From contig JAUXAG010000006.1 of assembly GCA_030614915.1 (NCBI GenBank), positions 1,263 through 65,262 of the forward strand: DNA of 64,000 bases, written 5' to 3'. Position numbers and translations under genes: made by a program. The DNA comes from Actinomycetes bacterium. Lineage in GTDB: Bacteria; Planctomycetota; Phycisphaerae; JAACET01. Under the pieces are notes generated by a model that did no database searches, was not told the origin of the DNA, and saw nothing but the letters and a program-made list of their open reading frames with translations. This document shows positions 36,965 through 47,514 of the stretch, piece by piece (position 1 is the stretch's first letter; each line of letters begins with the position of its first letter).

Positions 36965-37606
36965 ATGGTTCGCTACGGCAAGGCAGTTGTGCTCGACGTG
37001 GAGCGCCTGGCTATCCCAGCCGGGCGGATTACCGGCATTGTCGGTCCCAACGGGGCTGGCAAGACCACGCTGCTGGAGGTGATGGCCCTGCTTCGCCGCC
37101 CAACCCGTGGCCAGGTCAGCTTGTGGGGTCAACCCGCTCGTCCAGGCGATCGGAAACTTCAGCGAAAGGTCGTAATGGTAATGCACTCGGGCTATATGTT
37201 CCGCGGCAGCGTGCGGGATAACGTCATATACGGCCTGAAGGCACGCAGGCTCAGGACTCAAAAAGCCAAGATCAGAGCGGCCCAAGCCCTTCAGATAGTG
37301 GACCTGTCCAAATTTACCCGGCACGATGTGGCTGGATTGTCAGCCGGCCAGCGCCAGCGGGTCAACCTGGCCCGGGCAATTGCCATCGCCCCGCGAGCCA
37401 TATTGCTTGATGAACCCTCTGCCAACGTGGATTCCCAGACGGTTGAGATCATCTGCAATCTGCTTTGTCGGCTTCGGGATGAACAAGGAACGACAATCGT
37501 TCATACCTGCCCAGCCAATAGCCGGCTTCGTGAGATCACCGATCAATTCGTTGAACTCACAAATGGGCAAGTGCAAAACAATAACAAACGGGTAAATCGG
37601 CAGTAG
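36965..37606 (+). CDS. tupC: ABC transporter ATP-binding protein (TupC-like)
   Basis: Walker A GPNGAGKTT. Signature LSAGQRQRV. Walker B ILLDEP. Start taken at MVRYGK; alternative ATG at 36941. Confidence 0.8.
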   Translation: MVRYGKAVVLDVERLAIPAGRITGIVGPNGAGKTTLLEVMALLRRPTRGQVSLWGQPARPGDRKLQRKVVMVMHSGYMFRGSVRDNVIYGLKARRLRTQKAKIRAAQALQIVDLSKFTRHDVAGLSAGQRQRVNLARAIAIAPRAILLDEPSANVDSQTVEIICNLLCRLRDEQGTTIVHTCPANSRLREITDQFVELTNGQVQNNNKRVNRQ

Positions 37607-37625
37607 AGTAAAAAGGTACAATATC

Positions 37626-38096
37626 ATGGGGCTAAGTCATACGGATTCAACCGGCAATCCGCGGATGGTGGACGTTTCCGCCAAGGAGCTTACCTCTCGT
37701 TTGGCCCGGGCCCAGGCCATCGTTCGCCTGGGTCCTGCTATCGCTGGGCAACTGGCGGATACGCCGACCACCGCCAAGGGTAATGTGCTGCAGGTAGCCC
37801 GCCTAGCGGGCATCCAGGCCGCCAAGAGGACCGCCGAGCTGATTCCCTTGTGTCATCCGCTGCCCCTGGAGCGTATCGACCTCGAGGCCGAGTTGGCCGG
37901 TAACTGCGTTCGCATCGAGGCCACCGTAGCAGCTCGGGCCCGGACCGGTCTGGAGATGGAAGCCCTTACCGCCGTTTCCGTAGCCGCCTTGAGTGTCTAT
38001 GACATGTGCAAGGCCTTGGGAAAGGATATCGAGATCAGCGACATTCGCCTGCTGGAAAAATCGGGCGGGAAAAGCGGCCGATACCAGCGAAAGTGA
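37626..38096 (+). CDS. moaC: Cyclic pyranopterin monophosphate synthase MoaC
   Basis: MVDVSAKE...GLEMEALTAVSVAALSVYDMCKA conserved MoaC motifs. Confidence 0.9.
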   Translation: MGLSHTDSTGNPRMVDVSAKELTSRLARAQAIVRLGPAIAGQLADTPTTAKGNVLQVARLAGIQAAKRTAELIPLCHPLPLERIDLEAELAGNCVRIEATVAARARTGLEMEALTAVSVAALSVYDMCKALGKDIEISDIRLLEKSGGKSGRYQRK

Positions 38097-38185
38097 TGCT
38101 TGTTCGAGCCCCAGCCCCGGGGTACAATTAGCGCCCTTGGACCTGCTGTGGGAATACTCGCCCGGCAATACTTAAGGATGCAGTC

Positions 38186-38701
38186 ATGGCCCTAATAGTC
38201 AAATCCACCAAGGAACGGGTCGTAAAGTTATTCATCGTCACCGTGTTGTGTTTCGGTTTTGCTGCCTGGTGTCAGTACGACGCTTTATACAAATACGATG
38301 GTCCAGAGAAAGCTAGTAAGCGTCGGTTCAATCAAGGGGCCGTGCCGGTTCTGATTGTCTTGGGAGGCCTTGTCCTTTTTCTAGCTGTCAGGGCAGTCAA
38401 GCTGCGGATTGAGGCCGATGAGCAGACCGGCATCAGTATCAACGGCCGAGCAGCGATTGCTTGGGAGGCGATTGAGGACATCGACACCAGCGCCTTGGCT
38501 AAAAAGGGCTACTTGTACATCAAGTACCGCAAATCGCCGGATGAGTCAGCCACGCTGAAACTGGATGAATATAACCTGGACTTTTTTGACGAACTCTACG
38601 CCATGATCCGAACCAAGCTAGGCCTGCCCGAGTTGGCCGGGGCTCAATCCGAACCATCCGCCAGTGATTCGCCGGCAGACAGCGAAAAACCACCCACCTG
38701 A
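38186..38701 (+). CDS. Hypothetical membrane protein
   Basis: Two predicted TM helices followed by a soluble domain. No recognisable family. Confidence 0.45.
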   Translation: MALIVKSTKERVVKLFIVTVLCFGFAAWCQYDALYKYDGPEKASKRRFNQGAVPVLIVLGGLVLFLAVRAVKLRIEADEQTGISINGRAAIAWEAIEDIDTSALAKKGYLYIKYRKSPDESATLKLDEYNLDFFDELYAMIRTKLGLPELAGAQSEPSASDSPADSEKPPT

Positions 38702-38708
38702 GAGTAAT

Positions 38709-39287
38709 CTATTTTTCCACCAACTGATTGCAGTGATGAACACCGGCGTCAGTGATGATCATCTGCACTCTCCTGTCGTGGCTGAGGACGGGCAGTTCCT
38801 CTACAATCTGCTGGCTAAAGGTGACCCCCACGGTGCTGGCCCGCAGTTGAGGCCGGGCTAGGAACCGGTCGTAGAATCCGCCACCACGGCCCATACGATG
38901 TCCCCGGCGGTCAAATCCCACCGCTGGTACTATGGCCAGGTTAATTTTGCTCAGGCTCAGCTCCTCGCTTCCGGCTGGTTCGCGCAGTCCGTGCCGACTG
39001 ACCATCAGGTCTTCATCCAGGTTGTGGGTAACGATTGGCCTGAGCTCGTGTTGGGCCCAAATAATCCTGGGCATCACCACCACCTTGCCCTGCCCCCAGG
39101 CGGCGCGGATTGCCGGGCTGATGTCCAGCTCATCGGGCAAAGGGATGTAAGCCATCACCGTAGCGGCCCGGCGGAACTCGGGCAAGCTCAGCAGCACCTC
39201 GCAGGCCCGTACCGACAGCTCCTGACGGAGTCCGTCTCTCATAGCCGCGAGGTTTTGGCGAAGTTCTCGGCGAATGGTCTCTTTCAC
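38709..39287 (-). CDS. 5-formyltetrahydrofolate cyclo-ligase
   Basis: GRGGGFYDR motif and overall 5-FCL pattern. Confidence 0.8.
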   Translation of the reverse strand: MKETIRRELRQNLAAMRDGLRQELSVRACEVLLSLPEFRRAATVMAYIPLPDELDISPAIRAAWGQGKVVVMPRIIWAQHELRPIVTHNLDEDLMVSRHGLREPAGSEELSLSKINLAIVPAVGFDRRGHRMGRGGGFYDRFLARPQLRASTVGVTFSQQIVEELPVLSHDRRVQMIITDAGVHHCNQLVEK

Positions 39288-39471
39288 GATTAGCCTTATC
39301 TTTATAACTTTGTACTCTTCGTGGTGACGTCAGATTTTACCCTGCCCTTGCCGAATACGCAATCACTTCCGCATCGCGCCTTTCCTTATCTGCCTTGTGC
39401 CTTTTTGTAGTGACATTTCTCAGCAAATTGGTATGATAGTTACAATTGCTTTTTTATATGAGGACTAGCCA

Positions 39472-40854
39472 ATGAACAAATATGACTGTGCCATAATTGG
39501 TGCCGGACCGGGCGGTTACGTGGCAGCTTTACGGGCCGCCCGTCGCGGCCTCAGTACTGCCCTAATCGAAAAAGAGCAGCTTGGCGGAACCTGCCTGAAC
39601 CGCGGTTGCATACCCACCAAGGCCCTGCTGCATGTTTCCGAGCTGGCTTGGGAAATAAAATCAGCTGGAGAGGTAGGAATCAGCACCGGCAAATTCCAGC
39701 TCGATTACACCAAGGCCTGCTCCTTCAAAGACCGCGTCGTCAGCGAGCTCCGCCAGGGAGTTGCCGGGCTGCTGAAAAATCTCAAAGTGCAGGTCTTCTC
39801 CGGAACCGCCAAGCTTACCAGCCCCAATACCATAGAAGTCACGGATAGAGCCGGCAAAGCCAGCGAAATCCAGGCAGCTAACATAATCATTGCTACCGGC
39901 ACCGAGCCGGCCAAGCTCGGGGGTTTTCCCTTCGACGCTGAAAAGGTCATGAACACCAACGACGTCCTGGCCATGACCGCCCTGCCCAAATCCATACTGA
40001 TTGTCGGCGGCGGTATTGCCGGCTGCGAATTTGCCACCATGTTCGCCGAGTTCGGCCTGGCGGTTACGGTGGTGGAGCTCTTGGATTCACTGCTGCCTGC
40101 CCTGGACGCTGACATCGGCAAACTGATGGGGCGGGTTTTCAAGCAAAAGGGAATCACCGTCCACACTTCCGCCAAGATCGTGGAGATGACCAAATCGGCT
40201 CAAGGGGTCACGGCCAAGCTGGATGATGGGCGCCAGCTCAGCGCCGAGCGGGCCCTGGTATCCATTGGCCGAACCACCGACCTGGCGAATCTGGGATTGG
40301 AAGCTGCGGGCGTGGAGAACGACGGTGGATTTATCAAAGTTGACCAGCATTGCCGCACGAATGTGCCCAATATCTGGGCCATCGGAGAGGTCAGCGGGGC
40401 CTTACCCTTGGCTCACGTGGCCAGCAGGATGGGAGTGGTAGCCGCAGAGAATATCGCCGGCGGCCAGATGAGCGAAGATCTGTCGGTCGTGCCCTTTGGC
40501 ATATTCACCCACCCGGAAATCGGCGTTGTGGGCCTGAACGAAACCCAGGCCGCCGAGAAAGGCCTCGAAGTTAAGACCGCCAAGTTCCCCTTGCAAGCCA
40601 GTGGTATAGCCCGGGCCTACCGCAGCACAACGGGTTTCGTCAAGATTGTAGCCGAGAAAACATCCGGCGAGATCCTCGGGGCCTGCATGGTCGGGGCTCA
40701 CGCCGCCGACGTCATCCAGCAGATAGCCCTGGCCATGAAAACCGAGTGCACCGTCGAGGAAATTGTCGAAACTATCCATACTCATCCGACCTTCTCCGAG
40801 GCCTTGGCTGAGACTGGCGAGGCCTGGTTGGGCCAAGGGCTGCACAGCATATAA
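39472..40854 (+). CDS. lpdA: Dihydrolipoyl dehydrogenase
   Basis: FAD motif GAGPGGY. Redox disulfide GGTCLNRGCIPTK. C-terminal HAHPT(F)SE dimerisation motif. Confidence 0.9.
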   Translation: MNKYDCAIIGAGPGGYVAALRAARRGLSTALIEKEQLGGTCLNRGCIPTKALLHVSELAWEIKSAGEVGISTGKFQLDYTKACSFKDRVVSELRQGVAGLLKNLKVQVFSGTAKLTSPNTIEVTDRAGKASEIQAANIIIATGTEPAKLGGFPFDAEKVMNTNDVLAMTALPKSILIVGGGIAGCEFATMFAEFGLAVTVVELLDSLLPALDADIGKLMGRVFKQKGITVHTSAKIVEMTKSAQGVTAKLDDGRQLSAERALVSIGRTTDLANLGLEAAGVENDGGFIKVDQHCRTNVPNIWAIGEVSGALPLAHVASRMGVVAAENIAGGQMSEDLSVVPFGIFTHPEIGVVGLNETQAAEKGLEVKTAKFPLQASGIARAYRSTTGFVKIVAEKTSGEILGACMVGAHAADVIQQIALAMKTECTVEEIVETIHTHPTFSEALAETGEAWLGQGLHSI

Positions 40855-40862
40855 ATATCAAA

Positions 40863-41768
40863 ATGACCTGTAAAAATGCAAATGTTTCCGATTCTATCCG
40901 CAAGTCGTTGCCGCCCTGGTTGCGAAAACACCTCGTCCTCTCGCCCCGTTTTTCCGGAACCGCGGCCACGCTCAAGTCGCTCGGTGTGGTTACTGTCTGC
41001 AAGGAGGCCAGGTGTCCCAATCTCAATGAGTGCTGGAGTTCCGGCACAGCCACTTTCATGATCATGGGTGATCAGTGTACACGCCATTGCGCCTTTTGCG
41101 CGGTGGCCGGCGATGTCCAGCCGGGTGAGCTCGATGCTTCCGAGCCGGGGCGGATTGCCTTGGCCGTCAAGCGTATGGCTCTGGAATATGCCGTGGTTAC
41201 CTCTGTAACCCGCGACGACTTGCCCGATGGCGGGGCGGAGCATTTCTCCCAAACCATCCGGGCTATTCGGGCTGAGAATCCCAGGTGTAAGGTGGAGGTG
41301 CTTACCCCGGACTTTGCCGGTCGCAGACGAAGCGTCGAGCTCGTCTGCTCCGTCGGCCCGGAGGTGTACAATCATAATCTGGAGACCGTAGAGCGCCTGA
41401 CTCGGCGAGTACGCTCCGGCGCCGACTACAGAAGGTCCCTGCAGATCCTGGCCTGGGCCAAGCAGGCTCGCCCCCAAACCTGGACTAAAAGCGGTCTGAT
41501 GGTCGGCCTGGGCGAAACCGACGAGGAAGTCTTCAAAACCATGCACGACCTGCGAGCGGTCCGCTGCGACCTCTTGACCGTTGGGCAATATCTTCGGCCG
41601 ACCGCGGGGCATGTGAAAGTAGTTCGCTATGTTCGGCCGGAGGTTTTTGAGGAATACGAGCGGATCGGTCGGGAGCTCGGTTTTTTAGCCGTGGCTTCTG
41701 GTCCATTTGTGCGCAGCAGTTATCGAGCCGATGAACTGACCAGCTCTGCGGACAAAACCTCCTCCTAG
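40863..41768 (+). CDS. lipA: Lipoyl synthase
   Basis: CPNLNEC auxiliary cluster motif. Radical-SAM CTRHCAFC. Confidence 0.9.
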   Translation: MTCKNANVSDSIRKSLPPWLRKHLVLSPRFSGTAATLKSLGVVTVCKEARCPNLNECWSSGTATFMIMGDQCTRHCAFCAVAGDVQPGELDASEPGRIALAVKRMALEYAVVTSVTRDDLPDGGAEHFSQTIRAIRAENPRCKVEVLTPDFAGRRRSVELVCSVGPEVYNHNLETVERLTRRVRSGADYRRSLQILAWAKQARPQTWTKSGLMVGLGETDEEVFKTMHDLRAVRCDLLTVGQYLRPTAGHVKVVRYVRPEVFEEYERIGRELGFLAVASGPFVRSSYRADELTSSADKTSS

Positions 41769-41781
41769 AGACTTTGCGTTT

Positions 41782-42426
41782 ATGACCAATCAGACGGCCA
41801 AGAATTCAGAGGGTTCAAGCGGGAGTCGAGCCGGCCGATTCATCGTTATCGACGGGCCCGACGGAGCGGGAAAGAGTACCCACTTGGCCAAGCTGGCCGA
41901 GTACCTTTCCTCCACCGGCAAAACCATTGTCTGCGTCCGGGACCCTGGGGGCACAGAGATAGGTGAAGCCATTCGCCAGATTCTCCTCTCGCCGGCCCAC
42001 GATAAGATGGCTGCCCAAACCGAGCTGCTGTTGTACACTGCTGCCCGGCTGCAGTTGTGGCTGGAAAGAATATCCCCCGCCCTGCAGGCCGGCTCCTGGG
42101 TGCTTTGCGACCGCTGGATTTACAGCACCTGCGCCTATCAGGGCGCCGCCGGGCAGATCGGTCTGGACGCCGTTTTTCAGCTCAGCGAGGCCATGGGCCT
42201 GGGTTGGGCTGACCAGGCAATTATCCTGGATATCGATGCTCAGGCAGGCCTTGACCGGCTGGGCCAAGCCCCCGACCGCATGGAGTCCAAGCCTTTGTCA
42301 TTTCACCGGGCCGTCCGCGATGGCTATTTAGCCTTAGCCAAGCTTCGCCCGGAAGTAACTATCGTCGATGCCGCAGGGACCATCGAGCAGACCCAGCAAG
42401 CCATCCGTCAAGCTATGGGCATATAA
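41782..42426 (+). CDS. tmk: Thymidylate kinase
   Basis: P-loop IDGPDGAGKST. DRW/DRY lid region. Confidence 0.9.
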   Translation: MTNQTAKNSEGSSGSRAGRFIVIDGPDGAGKSTHLAKLAEYLSSTGKTIVCVRDPGGTEIGEAIRQILLSPAHDKMAAQTELLLYTAARLQLWLERISPALQAGSWVLCDRWIYSTCAYQGAAGQIGLDAVFQLSEAMGLGWADQAIILDIDAQAGLDRLGQAPDRMESKPLSFHRAVRDGYLALAKLRPEVTIVDAAGTIEQTQQAIRQAMGI

Positions 42427-42442
42427 TAAGTTTGGTGTAGAT

Positions 42443-43585
42443 ATGTCGATTTTTTCGGTAATTGGCCAGGACCGGGCCCTGGGCCGCCTCCAGCAGGCCC
42501 TGAGAAGCCGACGCGTTCCCCACGGCTATATTTTTCACGGCCAAGCCGGCGTGGGCAAGGAGCTTTGCGCCAGCGAGTTCGCCAAGATTATCTTGTGTGA
42601 GAACCGCCGGAAGCGCCGCCGGGACGGTGAGGACTGTTTCGACTGCTGCGACAGCTGTACCAGTTGCCGGGCCATAGAAGCCGACGTGCACCCGGACTAT
42701 CACCTGGTTTATCGTGAGCAGATCCGGGAATTGCGGCCGGAGCAAAACGACAACGGCTTTGGCAAGAGCAAAGCTCACCGGGCCACGGCCTTGGCCATCG
42801 ATGTCATTCGAGAAAAGCTCAATAAGCCAGCCCAGTTGACCAGCGCCTATGGCCGGGGCAAGGTCTTCGTGGTCCGGGAAATACACTTAGCTAACGTGCA
42901 GGCCCAGAACTGTCTGCTGAAAACCCTGGAAGAGCCGCCTGCTGGTACGGTGCTGATCCTTTTGGCCGATCGCCTTGAGGGCCTGCTGCCGACCGTACTG
43001 AGCCGTAGCCAAATGGTGATGTTCGCTCCTCTGGGGCAGAAGTTCTTGCTAAAAAAACTCAACGAGTCCGGCTGTAAGCAACCTCAAAGTGGTTTCTGGT
43101 CGCGTTTTGCCGACGGAAGTCTGGGCCGAGCTCTATGGCTTGCCGAGCAGGACTGGTACCAGGCCAAGGTTGCCCTGGTCAAACGTTTGGCCCGACTGAC
43201 CGAGCAGGATGCAGTCGAATTGGCCGAGCTATTGATGGACTCGGCCAAGTCCTATGCCGCCGAGGCCCGCAAGCAGGACCCGGCTGTTTCCGACACGGTC
43301 GCCAAGCAGCGGATGTACGGTTTTCTGCTCGGCGTAGTTTCGAACTTTTATCGAGACGTAATGCTTTCCGGCAGCGGCGCCGCCCCTGCCGAGTGGATCA
43401 ATTCCGACCAGGAATCTGCCGTCAAGCAGGCGAGCAAGAGCGTATCGCTGCTCCAGGCCAGCCGGGCCGTTGCCCTAGTCGGGCGGGCAGAGTACTTGAT
43501 AAGCAAGAACGTAAATGCTAATCTGGTGTTCGAGGATTTGTTTGGCGACTTGGCTGTGACCATCCGCAAAACACTTGTGGCCTAG
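42443..43585 (+). CDS. holB: DNA polymerase III delta-prime subunit
   Basis: HGYIFHGQAGVGKE Walker A-like motif. Cys-rich zinc module CFDCCDSCTSC. The ORF-track start at 42368 would overlap tmk, so the ATG at 42443 is preferred. Confidence 0.8.
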   Translation: MSIFSVIGQDRALGRLQQALRSRRVPHGYIFHGQAGVGKELCASEFAKIILCENRRKRRRDGEDCFDCCDSCTSCRAIEADVHPDYHLVYREQIRELRPEQNDNGFGKSKAHRATALAIDVIREKLNKPAQLTSAYGRGKVFVVREIHLANVQAQNCLLKTLEEPPAGTVLILLADRLEGLLPTVLSRSQMVMFAPLGQKFLLKKLNESGCKQPQSGFWSRFADGSLGRALWLAEQDWYQAKVALVKRLARLTEQDAVELAELLMDSAKSYAAEARKQDPAVSDTVAKQRMYGFLLGVVSNFYRDVMLSGSGAAPAEWINSDQESAVKQASKSVSLLQASRAVALVGRAEYLISKNVNANLVFEDLFGDLAVTIRKTLVA

Positions 43586-43620
43586 AGTGTCCTGCCAAGA
43601 TAACTTATAGAGCGTAATTC

Positions 43621-44829
43621 ATGGATAACGAAGAAGTTACGGCCCCCGAGCCTGATAATACCCATCCTGTCCCGCCTGCAGATCCTGCCGCTAAGGACAA
43701 TTCCACCGCCCAAAGCTCCCCAGAGCAAGACGGTCCGGATACCCAGACTCCCCAGCAGATGGACCAGCAACCGTCCGAGCAGGCCCAACCCAGCGAGGAC
43801 GACCAGGAGCGAACGGCACTAGTTTGTTATGGCCGAATGAATCTGCTGGGCGAATTTCGTCGGCCCGACAACGGCGTATTGCCGATCGGCACCAAGGTAG
43901 TCGTGCGAACCGAGCGCGGCATTGAGATAGGACGAATCGTTCTCGGGTACTGTGAGGGATGCGGTGAGAGGGGAATCTCTCGACAAAAATGGCAGGAGTA
44001 CCTCAGCCAAGAAGGTGAGGGCGATATTCTGTCCCGCCAAGGGCGCATAGTCCGTCAGGCCAGCGAGCAGGATCTCATCGACCAGGAGCATCTGGACCGC
44101 AATGCCGCCGAGAAGTTCGAGTTCTGCCAGAAAATCATCGATGAAATGCACCTGGATATGAAGCTCGTGGATGTTGAGCACCTTTTCGGAGGCGATCGCA
44201 TCCTTTTCTATTTCAAGAGTGAAAAACGCGTGGACTTCCGCAAGCTGGTCCGCAGGCTGGCCAAGGAATACCAGACCCGCATCGAGATGCGTCAGGTGGG
44301 TGCCCGTGACGAAGCCAGGCTCTTGGCCGACTACGAGCGCTGTGGCCGGGAGTGTTGTTGCCGCTCTTTTCTAAAGCACTTGGCACCGGTGAATATGCGA
44401 ATGGCCAAAGTGCAGAAGGCTACGCTGGACCCAGCCAAAATTTCCGGACGCTGTGGACGATTGATGTGTTGCTTGCGTTATGAGCATTGCACCTACGACA
44501 AGCTGCGCAGGAAATTACCCCCCCGCAACACCCTGGTGGAAACGCCCGAAGGACAGGGCCTGGCCGTCGATTGCCAGATACTTACTCAGCTGGTTATGGT
44601 CCGTTTGGCCGACGCCAGGAGGGTAGCTTTCCCGCTCTCGGAGATAACTGTGCTTTCGGACAAACCGGACCCGTCCGCCCAGGCCAAGGCCCAGCCGGGG
44701 GCCAAGGAGAATTCGCTCGGTCCCGAGCAACCCTCGCCGCAGTCAACTTCGGACTCTCAGAGTACCTCCGGCGGCCCGAGGAGGCGTCGCCGCAACAAGC
44801 GGCGTAATTCGAATCGTTCCCAGGGCTGA
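43621..44829 (+). CDS. ricT: PSP1 C-terminal domain protein (RicT/YaaT family) with acidic Gln/Pro-rich N-terminus and basic C-terminal tail
   Basis: Conserved ...ILFYFKSEKRVDFRKLVRRLAKEYQTRIEMRQVGARDEAR...CGRECCCRSFL...CGRLMCCLRYEH. Confidence 0.8.
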   Translation: MDNEEVTAPEPDNTHPVPPADPAAKDNSTAQSSPEQDGPDTQTPQQMDQQPSEQAQPSEDDQERTALVCYGRMNLLGEFRRPDNGVLPIGTKVVVRTERGIEIGRIVLGYCEGCGERGISRQKWQEYLSQEGEGDILSRQGRIVRQASEQDLIDQEHLDRNAAEKFEFCQKIIDEMHLDMKLVDVEHLFGGDRILFYFKSEKRVDFRKLVRRLAKEYQTRIEMRQVGARDEARLLADYERCGRECCCRSFLKHLAPVNMRMAKVQKATLDPAKISGRCGRLMCCLRYEHCTYDKLRRKLPPRNTLVETPEGQGLAVDCQILTQLVMVRLADARRVAFPLSEITVLSDKPDPSAQAKAQPGAKENSLGPEQPSPQSTSDSQSTSGGPRRRRRNKRRNSNRSQG

Positions 44830-44904
44830 CGGCTCTATGTTGACTATGCTGGGCCGGTACGGACCCGAAGGCGAGAACCTTGCAAGAACATCTGGAGTAC
44901 CATC

Positions 44905-46446
44905 GTGGCTGAAACATTCTATATCACCACCCCGATTTATTACGTCAACGATGTTCCGCACATTGGCCACGCCTATACCACCATAGCCGCCGATGTATTG
45001 GCTCGCTATCATCGCACTTGCGGCAGGGATGTCCATTTTCTTACCGGAACCGACGAGCATGGGCAGAAGATCGCCCAGGCCGCTCAAGAGCAGAACCTTG
45101 AGCCCATCGAGTTGGCCGATCGGGTCGTCGAGGGTTTTCGCCAGTTGTGGCGAAAACTTCAAATCAGCAACGACGACTTTATCAGGACCTCCCAACCCCG
45201 GCACGAAAAGCAAATGACCCAAATCATCACCAAGTTAATCGAACGCGACGAAATCTACTTGGGCCATTACGAAGGCTGGTACTCGGTTACCCAGGAGCAG
45301 TTTGTCAACGACACCGAGGCCGCCGAGCACGACTACAAGTGTGCGGTTTCGGGCAAGCCTCTCCAGCGGGTCAAGGAGGCCAACTACTTTTTTCGCCTGA
45401 GCCGCTACGGCGATCGTTTGCTGGACCATCTGGACAAGCACAAGGATTTTGTCAAGCCCCAGGCCCGTTTCAATGAGGTCTATTCCCGGGTAAAGGAAGG
45501 GCTGCGGGACTTGGCCATTTCCAGACCCAGCCTGGATTGGGGCATAAGAATGCCTAACGATCCTGGCCACACCATCTACGTCTGGGTGGACGCCTTGTGC
45601 AATTATATTACCGCTCTGAATTACACCGACCAGGCGGACAAATGGCGATATTGGCCTGCTGACTTTCAGTTTATCGGCAAAGACATCCTCTGGTTTCATG
45701 CCGTGATTTGGCCCTGTTTGCTCATGGCCCTGGACGTCGAACTGCCCCGCTGTGTCTTTGCCCACGGCTGGTGGACGCACGACGGGCAGAAGATGAGCAA
45801 ATCCCTGGGGAACTTTGTGGACCCAGCCGAATACCTGGATACCTACGGCCCGGATGCCTTTCGATATTTCCTCTTGCGGGAGGTACCTTTCGGGCGGGAT
45901 GGAGATTTTTCGGACGAATCATTCCTCAGACGCTATAATACAGAGTTGGGTAATGATGTGGGTAATCTGCTCAGCAGAACGACCAACATGATCGAGCGGT
46001 ATTGCCAGGGCAAGGTGCCCAAGCGGGGCCAAATCACCGCCGATGAGAATGCTCTGGAAAAGACAGGGCGGGAGTTGGCCGACCATGTGGACCGGGCCTT
46101 AGCCGAGTGTAAGTTCCATACTGCCCTGGAGGCTATTCTAGGTCTGGCCGCTGCGGCCAACCGTTATATCGACGCCACCGAGCCCTTCAAGCTGGCCAAG
46201 CAGAGCGACTCGGCCAGCCGGGAAAGACTCGAAACGGTTTTGTACCACTGTGCTGAGGCAGTCAGGCTGCTGAGCGTTTTCCTCAGCCCTTTCATGCCCG
46301 CTAGCATGGAAAAGGTGTGGCAGCAGCTTTGCTGGGAACAGGCAGGCCAGATGTCGCTTGACGAGTCGGGAAGGTGGGGTGCCCTGCCCAGTGGAACCGT
46401 CGTTCGCAAGGGTCCGCCGCTGTTCCCGCGAATGGATAAGAAGTAG
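44905..46446 (+). CDS. metG: Methionine--tRNA ligase (short form)
   Basis: HIGH motif (PHIGHAY). KMSKS motif. Class I aaRS fold. Confidence 0.9.
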   Translation: MAETFYITTPIYYVNDVPHIGHAYTTIAADVLARYHRTCGRDVHFLTGTDEHGQKIAQAAQEQNLEPIELADRVVEGFRQLWRKLQISNDDFIRTSQPRHEKQMTQIITKLIERDEIYLGHYEGWYSVTQEQFVNDTEAAEHDYKCAVSGKPLQRVKEANYFFRLSRYGDRLLDHLDKHKDFVKPQARFNEVYSRVKEGLRDLAISRPSLDWGIRMPNDPGHTIYVWVDALCNYITALNYTDQADKWRYWPADFQFIGKDILWFHAVIWPCLLMALDVELPRCVFAHGWWTHDGQKMSKSLGNFVDPAEYLDTYGPDAFRYFLLREVPFGRDGDFSDESFLRRYNTELGNDVGNLLSRTTNMIERYCQGKVPKRGQITADENALEKTGRELADHVDRALAECKFHTALEAILGLAAAANRYIDATEPFKLAKQSDSASRERLETVLYHCAEAVRLLSVFLSPFMPASMEKVWQQLCWEQAGQMSLDESGRWGALPSGTVVRKGPPLFPRMDKK

Positions 46447-46473
46447 AAACCGCCGATTGGACCGGAAAGAACC

Positions 46474-46884
46474 GTGGCAGAGACACCGCTGAAATCTGTT
46501 GTGGACGTAGCCGCCCGGACTCCCTATCCGCCGGAGGCCTTTGCTTTTGTGCGCGAGGGTTTGCATCTGGCAGCCAAGCGGGCGCACGGCCCGGAGCCGG
46601 AAATGGTCAACCCCGCCCTGGCGGGCAAGCGCCACGTCAGCGGCCGACAACTCTGCAAGGCCTTGCACGATCTGGCTATCCGACGCTGGGGACTGATGGC
46701 CAACACCGTGCTGGGCAGTTGGCATATCCACTGCACCTTGGATTTCGGAAAGATCGTCTACGCCATGATTGACAATCAACTCATGCAGAAAACCGATGGA
46801 GACAGCCTGGAAGATTTCCGCGATGTCTTCGATTTTGACCAGGCCTTTAGCCCTAAAAGCTGCCTGCGCGTCAGGCTTGGGTAG
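46474..46884 (+). CDS. Hypothetical protein (136 aa)
   Basis: ORF with coding-like composition in the expected intergenic slot. No recognisable motif. Confidence 0.4.
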   Translation: MAETPLKSVVDVAARTPYPPEAFAFVREGLHLAAKRAHGPEPEMVNPALAGKRHVSGRQLCKALHDLAIRRWGLMANTVLGSWHIHCTLDFGKIVYAMIDNQLMQKTDGDSLEDFRDVFDFDQAFSPKSCLRVRLG

Positions 46885-46941
46885 ATGGCCCCCTCCCTGC
46901 TTTTTTTGCCTTGCCGTTGACTTTGAACCGAGCTTTGCGTG

Positions 46942-47484
46942 TTAGCCAAGTTGCTTGAGGGTCTCAGTGTAGACGCTCAGGGCCTCGGCGGAGAACAAAG
47001 CGAAGACCACCCGTTGAATTGAAGGATACTGCGGCAACTCCTGCAGTGTGGTTTCTAAGGCAATAAGGCTTGCTTCCTCCAGGGGATAGCCATACACACC
47101 GGTGCTGATAGCCGGAAAGGCAATGGATTCCAACTTCTCCTGCCCGGCCAGGGCCAACGAATTCACATAGCAGGACGCCAGCAGCTCCGCGTCCTCCGCC
47201 TTGCCGTGATAGACTGGCCCGACGGTGTGGATCACATACTTAGCCGGCAGCCTGTATCCCTTGGTAATCTTTGCTTGGCCCGTCGGACAGCCGCCCAGCG
47301 TTCGGCATTCTGCCAGTAGTTCTGCTCCAGCCGCCCGGTGAATAGCCCCGTCCACGCCGCCTCCGCCTAAAAGCGACGTATTGGCGGCATTGGCGATGGC
47401 ATCTACCTCCAACGTAGTAATATCCGTCTGCAGCAGCTCTAACTTTGCGATCAGTTCACCCGGATATTTTTTGCCCTTACTCAT
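46942..47484 (-). CDS. Macro domain protein (O-acetyl-ADP-ribose deacetylase-like)
   Basis: [26 protein letters not shown] and ...GYPLEEAS macro-domain motifs. Confidence 0.85.
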   Translation of the reverse strand: MSKGKKYPGELIAKLELLQTDITTLEVDAIANAANTSLLGGGGVDGAIHRAAGAELLAECRTLGGCPTGQAKITKGYRLPAKYVIHTVGPVYHGKAEDAELLASCYVNSLALAGQEKLESIAFPAISTGVYGYPLEEASLIALETTLQELPQYPSIQRVVFALFSAEALSVYTETLKQLG

Positions 47485-47514
47485 GTGCCGTCTCTTTACC
47501 TCTCTTGTATTTAG

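Noticed and set aside
40782-41612. 276-aa minus-strand ORF
   Set aside because: It is antisense to lipA, whose radical-SAM CxxxCxxC motif is present.
46885-46941. Terminator at ...ggccccctccctgcttttttt
   Set aside because: The T7 run is present but I could not find a convincing self-complementary stem preceding it.
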